Positions 45,893-55,867 of a stretch of 64,000 nt of DNA are shown here, in pieces; position 1 is the first letter of the stretch; each line of letters opens with the position of its first letter. The DNA comes from a virus. Under the pieces are notes generated by a model. That model saw nothing but the letters and a program-made list of their open reading frames with translations. It made no database searches and was not told the origin of the DNA. The position numbers and the translations under genes were made by a program. The stretch is taken from positions 1 through 64,000 of IMG/VR virus record IMGVR_UViG_3300036818_000127; one strand, written 5' to 3'.

Positions 45893-45921
45893 TTGACAGA
45901 CTATCTAGTCTAAAATATACT
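45893..45921 (+). promoter_or_regulatory. sigma70-type promoter with palindromic spacer
   Basis: TTGACA-17-TATACT containing AGACTATCTAGTCT. Confidence 0.6.
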
Positions 45922-46005
45922 TTTATTATCAAACAAAAGTACAGGTCCACCTAGCTCTTGTTTTGCCGCCAGAGAGAAGGCGGCAAATTTCTTGAAAGGA
46001 CAGCA

Positions 46006-46512
46006 ATGATTGATGAATTCCTAGAAAATGCTAAAAATGGAGAGCATGAGGCGCTGAGTGAGATCTATCGGCATTTCTTTCCTAAGATATTTCATTTTAT
46101 CCTAAAAAGGGTGGGTTTTCATGAAACAGCAGAAGATCTCACCTCAGAGGTTTTTATTCAAATGCTCAAACATATCCGTCTATTTAAATCAGAAAATGCT
46201 ATGGCGTTTCACAAGTGGCTTTATCAGATTGCGAGGGCAGTGATAGCAGAGCATTACAGAAAAAGAAAAGATATACTCTCACTTGAACAGAATGATGAGA
46301 GCATCTTCGATGAAATCGCCCAGCATGAGGCATGGCTGGATCTTGTCCAAGGAATCAACAAGCTCCAAGACTCGCACCGTCAACTCATTATCGACCGCTT
46401 TATTTTAGGGTATAATCAGGCAACCATCGCAAGGCTTACAGGAAAGAAAGAGGGTACAATTAGAGTAACTGAATATCGTGCAACACAAAATCTACGAAAA
46501 TTGATACGTTGA
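46006..46512 (+). CDS. ECF-type RNA polymerase sigma factor
   Basis: Region 2 (AEDLTSEVF, WLYQIAR) and region 4 HTH. Confidence 0.88.
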   Translation: MIDEFLENAKNGEHEALSEIYRHFFPKIFHFILKRVGFHETAEDLTSEVFIQMLKHIRLFKSENAMAFHKWLYQIARAVIAEHYRKRKDILSLEQNDESIFDEIAQHEAWLDLVQGINKLQDSHRQLIIDRFILGYNQATIARLTGKKEGTIRVTEYRATQNLRKLIR

Positions 46513-46633
46513 GAAGGCGGGTTTTATTTTTTTGTTTCAAGAGAAAGCCGCTCGCAGGCAAAGTTGCCAGTACCACGAGCGGCCATATTGTGATCTCCCC
46601 AGACACAATAATATCAGGATACATTATAGCATA

Positions 46634-46826
46634 CTACCTTTTTAGGATGTCCTCTGGGATAGAGAACAGGCCGAGCTGGCCCCGACAGTAGATCTCAGGG
46701 TCTATCGGTCGGGCATTTTCCAGGACAAGCCCATAAGGGCCACAGAACCAAGGATCATCACTCTCTGTCACAGCAGTCGCACCACACAAGCTCTCGTACA
46801 ATTTTTTCACAGATATCGCACTTCAT
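46634..46826 (-). pseudogene. ASCH-domain C-terminal remnant fused out of frame to a CxxC micro-ORF
   Basis: VTESDDPWFCGPYGLVLENARPI..CRGQLGLF preceded by MKCDICEK..CDCC*. Confidence 0.6.
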
Positions 46827-47047
46827 AGTCCCTCACTTAGTACATTCTCTAGTACTAACTGTACTGCATTTTTCTTATCCCAGAGCTTCGCCAGCATACG
46901 GGCATGATCAGCTTTCTCTATAGCATCTGTCTCTTTTTGATAGAGACTCTCAACCCTCCTGATTTCATATTCATATACCCATAGCTGAGATCGAATAAGA
47001 TCCTCTAATGAAAATGGCATTACTGTTTCCTCCATGCCAAGTCCCAT
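46823..47047 (-). CDS. Hypothetical protein
   Basis: ORF in the early operon; start uncertain. Confidence 0.5.
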   Translation of the reverse strand: MGLGMEETVMPFSLEDLIRSQLWVYEYEIRRVESLYQKETDAIEKADHARMLAKLWDKKNAVQLVLENVLSEGL

Positions 47048-47361
47048 TGTGTACTAAGAGTCTGCTTTACAAGATTATATGCATAGGGACTAGATCCGCC
47101 ATAGACCCAGAACCTTGAAAAGTGTACTGGTACCCATCGGCCTTCTTCATGGTCCCGACCAGCTAAGAAGTTTACCTCTGTCCCATACTCATCTATATAG
47201 TGGTACTGAGCGGGGAGTAGATAGGTGGAACTAAATTTCCTAGCTGCTGCCTGGAAACTCAGATGGAATCCGAGAGTTTCCAGTAGTGCGGTCACCTCCC
47301 TGACTGGAGGACATGTTCCACAAAATGCATCCAGATTAGCAAGGGTTGCTGTTTTGATCAT
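47020..47361 (-). CDS. Hypothetical protein
   Basis: 113 aa, GGAGG RBS. Confidence 0.65.
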   Translation of the reverse strand: MIKTATLANLDAFCGTCPPVREVTALLETLGFHLSFQAAARKFSSTYLLPAQYHYIDEYGTEVNFLAGRDHEEGRWVPVHFSRFWVYGGSSPYAYNLVKQTLSTQWDLAWRKQ

Positions 47362-47369
47362 GGTACCTC

Positions 47370-47762
47370 CTATTCATCTCCGTGATAATCAGTTTCGTTG
47401 TAACATTCATAAGCACTAGACAAGTCACGTTCCCATGCTGCCTCATTAGCATCTTTCATATCCGCCAATGATACAGGACTTTCTGCTAGTTGCTCTTCTA
47501 TTCTATGAGTCAGATAGCCCATGAGAGCGGAGTCTATATGAAAATCATGTTGACTTCCATGCAACTCATCGTCCTCGAAGTCCTCTGGGGAACCATTATA
47601 GTCATTATAACTCTTCATGAGGGCACGACGGTCTTCTAGGGCGGGCACCGATTTCGTCAGATCAAAATCATTGCAACCGTGATTACTAAAGCTATCTGAA
47701 GCAAGCTTTAGGAGTTCTATGAGAAGCTTCGCCTCAGCATCGGTAAGTGTAATGTTATGCAT
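47370..47762 (-). CDS. Hypothetical protein
   Basis: 130 aa, AGGAG RBS. Confidence 0.65.
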   Translation of the reverse strand: MHNITLTDAEAKLLIELLKLASDSFSNHGCNDFDLTKSVPALEDRRALMKSYNDYNGSPEDFEDDELHGSQHDFHIDSALMGYLTHRIEEQLAESPVSLADMKDANEAAWERDLSSAYECYNETDYHGDE

Positions 47763-47765
47763 TGC

Positions 47766-48002
47766 TTACTCCTGCCTCTCAAAAGACCCTGTTTCAACAA
47801 AGCTTTGGAGGTATGGCAAAAGTGCTGCAACCTGCTCTCGCGAAAAGTGGGTAAAGGGCGCATGGAGGCTAATGTTGTCCTCTTCTCTTATCGCACACCG
47901 TAAAGAGTCTTTTTGTGCAACTATAGTGAATTTCTCATTATAGTTGGCTATAAAGGAAATGTACTGATCCCCAGTGGGGGAAACGCCTGTTTCAATGTTC
48001 AC
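47766..48002 (-). CDS. Hypothetical protein
   Basis: 78-aa ORF. Confidence 0.55.
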   Translation of the reverse strand: MNIETGVSPTGDQYISFIANYNEKFTIVAQKDSLRCAIREEDNISLHAPFTHFSREQVAALLPYLQSFVETGSFERQE

Positions 48003-48078
48003 TTTGTTTCTCTTTTCTTGAGCCGTGATCTTTTTCTCCTGTGGGGCTTGTTAGGCCCCACTACTAACTAACTATCCT

Positions 48079-48510
48079 CTAGCTAAAATCAGAAGCACTG
48101 TAACGATGTATGGAAGTTGAACTTTCACATTCAAAACAGTAGTAAGTGTCATCTCCTGGAACCATATACATCCCGTGAGAATTGGATTGATTGTTCATAT
48201 CATCATTCCACTCGTCCCAATTCATAGCATGCCCACATTCAAACAGAACAGTACGATTGCCGAGTGGATTGCTCTCCCAAAACCTCCTGACTATGAGTCT
48301 CCCCTCTTCTATGCGGTCTAGCTCATTAGCAGTAAGTCTCATGCTGCTTGAGGATATCTCGCCCCGACTATCAGCACATACAATATGGATACCCTCTCGG
48401 GTAATCTCTGCAATGGTGGAGCTGACCTCCATAGTGCTCGTATTAAGGCTTTCACGAAGCCTCAAATACAAGATGCCTCTTTCAAAACTGATGATATGTC
48501 TCTCGTTCAT
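48079..48510 (-). CDS. Hypothetical Zn-binding protein
   Basis: ECGH..CFEC. Confidence 0.6.
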   Translation of the reverse strand: MNERHIISFERGILYLRLRESLNTSTMEVSSTIAEITREGIHIVCADSRGEISSSSMRLTANELDRIEEGRLIVRRFWESNPLGNRTVLFECGHAMNWDEWNDDMNNQSNSHGMYMVPGDDTYYCFECESSTSIHRYSASDFS

Positions 48511-48516
48511 TTGTTC

Positions 48517-48714
48517 CTACTTTCCTGTAAATTTCACATTATACACATGAGGGCTCAAGATATTGACCTTTTGCTCAAGCCCATCTCTATCTATGAAAAC
48601 TACGATTTGAGTATCATATGCGCCAATCTTCACTTTTCCACCTAGAGAGAGGACTTTTCCACTCTCTTTGACATACCTTCCGGTCTGCGTGTATGATCCG
48701 TGTGTAATCCTCAT
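48517..48714 (-). CDS. Hypothetical protein
   Basis: 65 aa, GGGAG RBS. Confidence 0.55.
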   Translation of the reverse strand: MRITHGSYTQTGRYVKESGKVLSLGGKVKIGAYDTQIVVFIDRDGLEQKVNILSPHVYNVKFTGK

Positions 48715-48728
48715 TTTAGTTGCTCCCC

Positions 48729-48941
48729 TTATGACTCTCGAAGTGCTACTTCAATAGTCATCAAAGACTGAACCTGATGGTAGAGGTCCATACTTTTTGT
48801 ATGTGCTGCTACCCATCCATTTTTGTTGATTAAAGAGTCTGTTAGATCTCGCTGAAGATCTAATGCTTTGTTCAATGCTGAGATTGTATTGAGCAAGGAC
48901 AATCTCCCTACTCCTATTGATGAATCTATCCTATAAAACAT
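48729..48941 (-). CDS. Hypothetical protein, paralog of 59074..59349
   Basis: SLLNTISALNKAL versus SLLNSISILGKAL. Confidence 0.6.
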   Translation of the reverse strand: MFYRIDSSIGVGRLSLLNTISALNKALDLQRDLTDSLINKNGWVAAHTKSMDLYHQVQSLMTIEVALRES

Positions 48942-48967
48942 TGATTTTTCCTTTACTGTTTCCTAAC

Positions 48968-49267
48968 TTACTGAATACGGGCAGAAAATCCGCGTTTCGC
49001 TGGGACATAGGTCAATGTCCATCCGCTTGAAGTAAAGAGATTTCTGATTGTCATATACTGACTTGCTGCTTCGCTAACTGTGAGATTGTATCTCTGAATG
49101 TAACTCTGATTTCCTCTCATAACCTCATGACAGATTGCTACCCAAGTGAGCCACTGCTGAAGATGTTTTTGACTCCAACTTCGTGTAAACTCTTTATGAT
49201 CTTTTGCTACCTCATACTCAAGCATTGATGTAACTGCTTCTTTGGTCCATGCTAATGGTGCTTTCAT
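48968..49267 (-). CDS. Hypothetical protein
   Basis: First gene after the promoter at 49321-49349. Confidence 0.6.
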   Translation of the reverse strand: MKAPLAWTKEAVTSMLEYEVAKDHKEFTRSWSQKHLQQWLTWVAICHEVMRGNQSYIQRYNLTVSEAASQYMTIRNLFTSSGWTLTYVPAKRGFSARIQ

Positions 49268-49320
49268 TTTGTTTTTCCTTTGCTATTTAACTAACTTGAT
49301 TAACTTCTTGATCTACTAGA

Positions 49321-49349
49321 AGTATATCATATCTTCCATAAACTGTCAA
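49321..49349 (-). promoter_or_regulatory. Conserved early promoter cassette with an extra inverted operator copy at 49365-49380
   Basis: TTGACA-GTTTATGGAAGATATGA-TATACT. Confidence 0.85.
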
Positions 49350-49384
49350 GGGTTTGAAGGGCAATTTATGGAAGATATGCTCTT

Positions 49385-52300
49385 TTACCATAAATTGGTT
49401 TGAACGGCTGCTGCTACCTTTTTAGCTTTCCGTGTCCTCTTCAAGGCATCTCGCTTAGCCCTCAGAGCTGCCCAGGGGTCCTGAGTAAGTGCTACTGGTA
49501 TGATTATCATGGGCTCAACTGATCCCTTCAATGGCTCTGTGGTAATGTCTCCTGCAAGTGGTATCTCCATATCCTCCTGCTCAGGATCGGCATCGGCTGT
49601 GATGTATTCATTCCGTGCAAGGGCTGCTTCCTCAGATGCTTTGAATTGCCTCTGGAGTTCTTCGGCCTCGGCCATCAGGTCGGCTGTGTTATTTTTCCCG
49701 CTATCAAGGGCTTCCTTGACCTGTCGGGCAAGGGCAATTGAGAAGCTACTATCGCTGTCCCCTTCATCTACTCCAAAGGAGACAAGTCCCTCTCCTGGTA
49801 GCTGGCCCTCAACCATAAAGGCAGTTTCCATCTTCCGTGACATTAATAACAAGAGACGCTGCTCCATTGTCGGGTAGACTAATATGATGACCTTGGTGTG
49901 CTTTGTCTGCTTTGGTCTATGTATCCTTCTAAAGGATTGCCGCATCTGGGATGTCGATGTCGGGACCTCAGAACAGATAATCGTGTGGAAGTCTATTAGG
50001 TCGAGACCTACTTGGACCAGGGCGCTATTGCAGATAAGAACATTGCATCCGTTCTCGACATGCTTCTTGAGTACTGCTTCCCTTCCTAATGTATTACCTG
50101 ATCTCAGGATAGCAACCTGGGGGATGTTCCCATTGCGAGGGCGGACGTGAGTCTCTATCAGGGACTTATAGCGGGGCTGGATATCATGCTCCCCTGTATT
50201 TTCGCAGTAGATGATAACCTTTCTGTCCTGCTCCAGCTCCCCTTGGATAATGTCAATTATCCTTTGCTCTTTGGGATAGATCTCTGACTCATCGAGCTTC
50301 CTAGCCGTTCCAAGAATGTAGCCTGTCTTTTTGACTGAGCAGACAGTCTCTTCAAAGGGCATATTAGGGTAGCGCCTCAAACATTGGAACCAAGAACCTA
50401 ATGCCCTCTTATCCCCTAGTACTAGCATTGCAGCTAACTCAGCAGTGATTGTACTCTCAAACGATTTATATGCTTCTTCCAGGGGTCCCGACATTGGAAT
50501 GATGTCTACCTCTTCAGAGTAGGGAGGTAAGTACGGGGCCACATCTTTAAGCTCCAGGAAGGCAGATCGTTCAAACAAAGGCGGAAGGCCATTCGGTGAG
50601 AATGCGGCCATCTCATGTTCTTCTCCACGACCGCTGGACTTTTTCTTGCTTATAGCTCCATCTCCGCCGCTATCTAAGTCATCCTTCTTTTCCTTAATCA
50701 CAGTTTTTCTGGCTCCGTACCGATCAACCCATTCCCTCATGCCATCATAAGAGAATTGCTGGCGGACATCTGGATTAATACTCCAGGCGAAGGGGAATAA
50801 TGATGAGGCATACCCATTACATAAGGTCCCCGTTAGACCTAAGTAGGATTCGCATGCTCCCATCAGGGAACGTCGGGCAAAGTCGAGGGCTGTCCCCTCC
50901 TTCCCTTGGTGGATCTCATCGCTGATCAGGAGTTTGAAGAAACCTGAATGAAACTTTCTAATATAGTCGGCCACGCTGAACCGTCGAAAGCTGGTATCCT
51001 TGACAGTCTTAGGGAGACTTCCAAGGCTGTCTGGAAGAGGGAGGGCAACTACTGCATCGCCACTTCTCAATACTGACTTAGGCTCAAAGTCCTTCCCTGT
51101 CGTGTACTGCCATAAGGGACCACCGCAGGAACCGCACCATCTCTTTTTGTGCTTTTTAGCACTGATCCACAATTCTTGTTCAGTGACGTAAGCTCCTTCA
51201 TCCTCATCCATCTCTTCTTCTATTGAAGAGAGGGCTTTTCCATTTCGCTTCTTGCGTGCTATCTGATCCTTTTTTCTTTTGTAGTCAGGATTGCTTTTCA
51301 TTAAGCGATCAATGCGTGCCTGATCCTTTACAGGAGCAAAACAGCTCGGGCAGCATGGTGTCAATCTAGGAAGTTTCGTTTCCTCGTCATGCTGTACTGC
51401 CACCTTTCCATTCGCATCTAGTGTTCGCATTGGGGAAAGCCGATATGCCAACGTCCAGGCCATACTCAACTTGGCCGTCCCATTAGGGATAATGACTAGG
51501 TGACATGGCTTCTGAGGAAGTGGGCGACCATGCAATTTTGCTTCATCATATTGCTGCCGCCAGTCCTGGAGTTCATAGTCAATCCTTTTGATAACCCTCT
51601 CAATACATCCGACTGCCGACAGTTTCTCGCCTCTCCAGAATGGATCAAATTGCCTTAGCTCTCTTGACTTCTCAGGAGTATCAATTCTCTGAACAACAAT
51701 CGCATGGACATTTGGGATAGTATCCTCTGCCTCGCGTTTCCATTTGTACGCGATGATCTCTGGGACCATCACGACAGCTGGGGAAAGCTCAATCTTCTTA
51801 GCTGTTGAGGGAAGCATGTCAGCACAGCCATTCAGGTCCATATCCCCTAAGAAGAGGGTGGATAGGGATAAGTAGGTCTTGCCAGTCGCCATCTCGGCGA
51901 TCTCACCGACCCTATTCATAGGAGCATGATCTTTCCCTCCGACCATTGCATTCACAATAGCAAGGATAAAGCCTTTCTGTCTACCGAGCGGTTGACGTAG
52001 CATCCGAGAGAAGGCGGCGTTGGCCCAGGGGACTTGAGACGGGCTGTGATAGAGCGGGGGATTGCTCTCTAACAGCTTCTCTGTTAGGGCTCCACCAAAG
52101 TTATCCAGGAAGGAACGAAGAGACATTGTTTCATGGGGAATGCTGAGCATCCCGACCATTGGCCCTGTTTCAATCCTGATAAGCTGACCGAGGGTATCAC
52201 CTTCTGTCATATCGATACACCAGAGGGATGACTCGAAGCTATCACGTTTCTCTGTGATGATATTCTCTTCATCTTCAGAGACCTTGGTCACTTTGCGCTT

Positions 52301-53383
52301 TCTTGAGAAGCCCTTTACAACTACTGTACGGCCATCTTTACCTACAAGATAGGCCCCATTGACTATTCCAGCAGCAGCCATGATGGCCCGATGCCCATCT
52401 TTAAGTGGCTGGACGGGCCGACCAGAGGCATTGCCTCTATCTTGATCAGACGGCCAGTGAAGAGCCTTATATTGCAGTTTGCTATAGACCCCATTCGCTG
52501 GAAGGCTAGCACCCTGCGGAACTGCAAGGAGTGCAGCAGCCTCTTCTGGATCGAACCTGCTCGGAGACCAATACTTGATAGCAGATCTTGCTATGGGGAT
52601 AGAATACTGTCCATATCCATCACTCCGTGAAGTCACAGCCTCGATGGGTGAAATGTCATCATGGGGGTTATCTGTTGTGCCAAGCTCAATGAGGACTTTC
52701 TCTGTAGACCGATCTGATCGCTGGCCGAATCCCTTCTGGGCAATCACGACGACCTGATCAAACATCTCAAACATGGGGACAGGCTTCTCTTTGTTCTCTA
52801 CCATCTCAGGCGTGGCAAAGGGAGTATCAGGGAACCGCAGCACCTTGATGTCGGTGTACCACTGAGAAAGATATGATGCCCCTTTCTCAACGATCCATTG
52901 TGGGACAATCCAAATCAGGACCCCGCCAGGACATAATTTCTTCGTAGTTCGTCTGAGGAAAGTCAATTCTAGCCGCTCGCCGCCGGACTCTTTGTCCCAA
53001 TCATATGGCGGGTTTACGAATGCCAACTGGAACCCGCCATCAAGAGAGTCCCCGCTAGAGATAAGAGACTGGAAGAATGATGCATGCAGGACATCATCTA
53101 GAACTTTCCTCGCAGCCTTTACCCGCGAGATATTGGGCTCGATGCCATGGGTGAGGACTTGAGGGAATGTGTGACAGTAGTGCCACATCTGCTGAATGTG
53201 CTCTCTGTATTCCTTGGCGAGAAGTTCTAAGGCTCTCCCCTTGCCTGCACATGGATCAAGAAACCTCATCTCTTGAGCATCCCCTGATGGGTAGCGGCAA
53301 CTGAGGTATTGAGCTATCATCGATATAACTGGCTCAGGGGTTGGGTAGTACAACCCTTTGACCTGTGATTCTGTCCTAGGCAT
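49385..53383 (-). CDS. Amino-methyltransferase plus SF2 (SNF2-like) helicase fusion
   Basis: YYPTP, LDPCAGKG and NPPY; AEMATGKT, DEIH, LTGT, VGLDL and RRIHRP. Confidence 0.85.
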   Translation of the reverse strand: MPRTESQVKGLYYPTPEPVISMIAQYLSCRYPSGDAQEMRFLDPCAGKGRALELLAKEYREHIQQMWHYCHTFPQVLTHGIEPNISRVKAARKVLDDVLHASFFQSLISSGDSLDGGFQLAFVNPPYDWDKESGGERLELTFLRRTTKKLCPGGVLIWIVPQWIVEKGASYLSQWYTDIKVLRFPDTPFATPEMVENKEKPVPMFEMFDQVVVIAQKGFGQRSDRSTEKVLIELGTTDNPHDDISPIEAVTSRSDGYGQYSIPIARSAIKYWSPSRFDPEEAAALLAVPQGASLPANGVYSKLQYKALHWPSDQDRGNASGRPVQPLKDGHRAIMAAAGIVNGAYLVGKDGRTVVVKGFSRKRKVTKVSEDEENIITEKRDSFESSLWCIDMTEGDTLGQLIRIETGPMVGMLSIPHETMSLRSFLDNFGGALTEKLLESNPPLYHSPSQVPWANAAFSRMLRQPLGRQKGFILAIVNAMVGGKDHAPMNRVGEIAEMATGKTYLSLSTLFLGDMDLNGCADMLPSTAKKIELSPAVVMVPEIIAYKWKREAEDTIPNVHAIVVQRIDTPEKSRELRQFDPFWRGEKLSAVGCIERVIKRIDYELQDWRQQYDEAKLHGRPLPQKPCHLVIIPNGTAKLSMAWTLAYRLSPMRTLDANGKVAVQHDEETKLPRLTPCCPSCFAPVKDQARIDRLMKSNPDYKRKKDQIARKKRNGKALSSIEEEMDEDEGAYVTEQELWISAKKHKKRWCGSCGGPLWQYTTGKDFEPKSVLRSGDAVVALPLPDSLGSLPKTVKDTSFRRFSVADYIRKFHSGFFKLLISDEIHQGKEGTALDFARRSLMGACESYLGLTGTLCNGYASSLFPFAWSINPDVRQQFSYDGMREWVDRYGARKTVIKEKKDDLDSGGDGAISKKKSSGRGEEHEMAAFSPNGLPPLFERSAFLELKDVAPYLPPYSEEVDIIPMSGPLEEAYKSFESTITAELAAMLVLGDKRALGSWFQCLRRYPNMPFEETVCSVKKTGYILGTARKLDESEIYPKEQRIIDIIQGELEQDRKVIIYCENTGEHDIQPRYKSLIETHVRPRNGNIPQVAILRSGNTLGREAVLKKHVENGCNVLICNSALVQVGLDLIDFHTIICSEVPTSTSQMRQSFRRIHRPKQTKHTKVIILVYPTMEQRLLLLMSRKMETAFMVEGQLPGEGLVSFGVDEGDSDSSFSIALARQVKEALDSGKNNTADLMAEAEELQRQFKASEEAALARNEYITADADPEQEDMEIPLAGDITTEPLKGSVEPMIIIPVALTQDPWAALRAKRDALKRTRKAKKVAAAVQTNLW

Positions 53384-53395
53384 GACTTATACTCC

Positions 53396-53755
53396 TTATT
53401 TCACGCTGTATGTGTTTGAAACTGCATCAAAGGAAAATACTACAAATGACTGACGTGAGAACCTGACTATTTTGCTTATATGTTCCTGATAATCACTACC
53501 TGTATCGCCATCCCGTTGGACCCTATCAAGTGTCTGGCAAAGCTCATTAAGAGCATTCTTGAGATCTTTTATGGACCTTGCATACCATTGACGAAACCCC
53601 TTTGTAGTCTCTGGGAATGTACAATAGCCGCTCTCTACAAGGCTCTTGCGGATACTCTCAATTGCACTTGATATTTCTCTGTTTGATCCTTTTCCGTACT
53701 GCTTTTCTAAGGCATTGATCTCTTTTACCAGTTTTGCAACTTCTGTTTTATTCAT
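53396..53755 (-). CDS. Hypothetical protein
   Basis: 119 aa, AAGGAG RBS after the promoter. Confidence 0.65.
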   Translation of the reverse strand: MNKTEVAKLVKEINALEKQYGKGSNREISSAIESIRKSLVESGYCTFPETTKGFRQWYARSIKDLKNALNELCQTLDRVQRDGDTGSDYQEHISKIVRFSRQSFVVFSFDAVSNTYSVK

Positions 53756-53805
53756 TTTTGCTTGCTCCTTTGATACTAACTTGACTAACTTCTTGATCTA
53801 CTAGT

Positions 53806-53834
53806 AGTATAGCATATCTTCCATAAACTGTCAA
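53806..53834 (-). promoter_or_regulatory. Conserved early promoter cassette
   Basis: TTGACA-GTTTATGGAAGATATGC-TATACT. Confidence 0.88.
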
Positions 53835-53912
53835 GCATAAAAGAGGTATTTAGGGCAATGTTTGGAAATAAGAAAAACTGGAGCAAGTATCGAACCTGCT
53901 CCAGGATGGGGG

Positions 53913-54689
53913 TTATGCGGCGACTTCTTCCCTGCTTCCCTCTCTGATGTATAATGAGAGGTCTTTCATTATCTTCTCAAGATCTGGGAAGCAGAGATAG
54001 GCGGAAGCTACTAGTGAGCTGGTTCCATCTGGAGTAAAGGCCCAGACTTCCAGTTCCTCTATCTCTGGGGTTTTAAGGGCACGATCCCAAAGGAATGGTG
54101 CCCACTCATCAATCAGGGGAAATGGACATCTCTTGTCCAAATAGGAGAGGTGAAGCTTGCTGGCCTCTTCTCCTGGAGGGACCATCATAAAAAAGATCGG
54201 TCGGCGATCAATCACGCGGGCCACCTTCTCCGACATCTCGCCTTCCTTTGAAGCCACCTGCCGTAGCTTCTTACTGCCCCCATCTTGGGGAGTAACCTTC
54301 TTGACCTTGATAGCCTGCTGGGGGTCCCAAAGAGAAATGGCGTTGCTTTCAACTAGGGCATGGATTGCCTTGTTGGTCCCAAATTCCGCAAAAGAGCAGG
54401 ACCAACTTGGAGACATCCCAGGCATGCGCCCACTTCGATGCATGAGAGCAACTGGCCCGAGATCTTCGATATAGATCTCTCTAATGGATGGCTGGCTCAC
54501 CAATCCTGCAAAGATAGCATTCAGGCTTGATCCACTACCCTTCGGGCCAAACATTGAGAGGTAGTATAGCTCGTGCCTTCGTGTATCATCCTGCATGGTT
54601 TGCCTCTCCTTAGAGAAGATAGCCATATTAATGTATGCTTGAAATTGTGCTGACCCTTTATCGAATAGGGTGATCTGACGTACTGACAT
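53913..54689 (-). CDS. Hypothetical protein, probable partner of the MTase-helicase
   Basis: 258 aa, GGAGG RBS, PFPLIDEWAPFLW motif. Confidence 0.7.
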   Translation of the reverse strand: MSVRQITLFDKGSAQFQAYINMAIFSKERQTMQDDTRRHELYYLSMFGPKGSGSSLNAIFAGLVSQPSIREIYIEDLGPVALMHRSGRMPGMSPSWSCSFAEFGTNKAIHALVESNAISLWDPQQAIKVKKVTPQDGGSKKLRQVASKEGEMSEKVARVIDRRPIFFMMVPPGEEASKLHLSYLDKRCPFPLIDEWAPFLWDRALKTPEIEELEVWAFTPDGTSSLVASAYLCFPDLEKIMKDLSLYIREGSREEVAA

Positions 54690-54736
54690 GTGGTACCTCC
54701 TAGGGGTATCCTGAGATACCCCATCACATAAAGCAT

Positions 54737-55378
54737 TTAAGCCCCTTTACGGTTCGCTTGCACTCTCTTATTTAGTTCCGCTATAAGCTTTACCATATCC
54801 CCAAAAGACAATCCTTCTAAATCAACATCAGGTAAATTAAGCATCTGATGCAGCTTTTTTACGCTCGCAATCTGTTGAACCGTAGCTGGTGCTTCTGGAT
54901 CATAGGAGGGCTTGCGTTCTTGACGTTGAACAGGAGCATCGGCCAGCCGCTCGCCTTCCTCTAACTCATCGCCGCAAAACTGAGTTCCATAGCCTAGCCC
55001 GACTAGAGCCCTGCCGATGGCACCTGTCTCTGCCTTCTCTAGGTAGTCAGGGAAGCAGGCCGCATTCTCGGTTTTAGTGCCTGTTGAGCTACCTCCCTTG
55101 CCGTCGGTAACTATTGCCCTAAAGACTGCAACTCCACGGGCTTTCTTGATAACCTTGTCATAGCGGCGCTTCTCATCATTCCAGACACTAACCTCAGTCT
55201 CACACTCTTCCGAGCGATTGAGATCGAGTAACTCAGTCGTGATTGTGCCCTCTGGACATTGCTCTCTAAACCATACCAATCGCCACGCAACGGGGAGGTA
55301 GTCCTTGGGTCCCTGCTGAGACTTGAGCTGAATGATATGAGAATTAGGGTTGAACACTTTATCAATGGTAGTATTCAT
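54737..55378 (-). CDS. Rad52/Sak-like single-strand annealing protein
   Basis: YLPVAWRLVWFR and EKAETGAIGRAL motifs. Confidence 0.75.
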   Translation of the reverse strand: MNTTIDKVFNPNSHIIQLKSQQGPKDYLPVAWRLVWFREQCPEGTITTELLDLNRSEECETEVSVWNDEKRRYDKVIKKARGVAVFRAIVTDGKGGSSTGTKTENAACFPDYLEKAETGAIGRALVGLGYGTQFCGDELEEGERLADAPVQRQERKPSYDPEAPATVQQIASVKKLHQMLNLPDVDLEGLSFGDMVKLIAELNKRVQANRKGA

Positions 55379-55807
55379 ATCGTCCTTTCTGGAGACCCAT
55401 TCCCTTCAGGGATTGGGAGGAAAGAAACAGCCCGCAGGCTGGATCTATACTGTTCTGTTGCTAGTCCCTTGCGGGAGGGCCTTTTTAGGAGAAAGACCCA
55501 GAAAACTCTTGCTCGATTGCGAGCCGCCGTGTCTAAGCACGGGTGATATGACCCTTCGAGATGGCAATACAGGCATAGGTCCGAGACCGTCTGCTTCGGC
55601 GTGGCAGGTAGTGGTTTAGACTAGGGTGGCATCCAAACATACTTTCGCTACTTCCACTAGCACATAAGCCTGTGGGTTCGCTATTTCTTAGCCCGTATCG
55701 CTGCTGCTTGTGCGGTGAGTTGCCTCTCCGACCAAGCCCTCTAGACAGGAACTTACGTTGCGCTAGCCGTTTCGCAAGCCCCTAGGATTTATCCAGGGGT
55801 TCTTGAC
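55379..55807 (-). mobile_element. Non-autonomous IS200/IS605-type element consisting of an IscB-type omegaRNA (HEARO-like) without iscB
   Basis: Starts GTCAAGAACCCC...GGGGCTTG; internal GGATGCCACCCTAGTC and CTCGAAGGGTCATATCACC; ends TTCCTCCCAATCCCTGAAGGGAATGGGTCTCC; followed by ATGAA. Confidence 0.8.
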
Positions 55808-55867
55808 TATTTTCTGATCCTTCTCTTTGGGAGGGCTCTTTGACGAATCCTCCCGACAATATACTGC

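Noticed and set aside
55259-55619. ORFs 55259..55546 and 55350..55619
   Set aside because: They lie antisense within the omegaRNA element and have no protein features.
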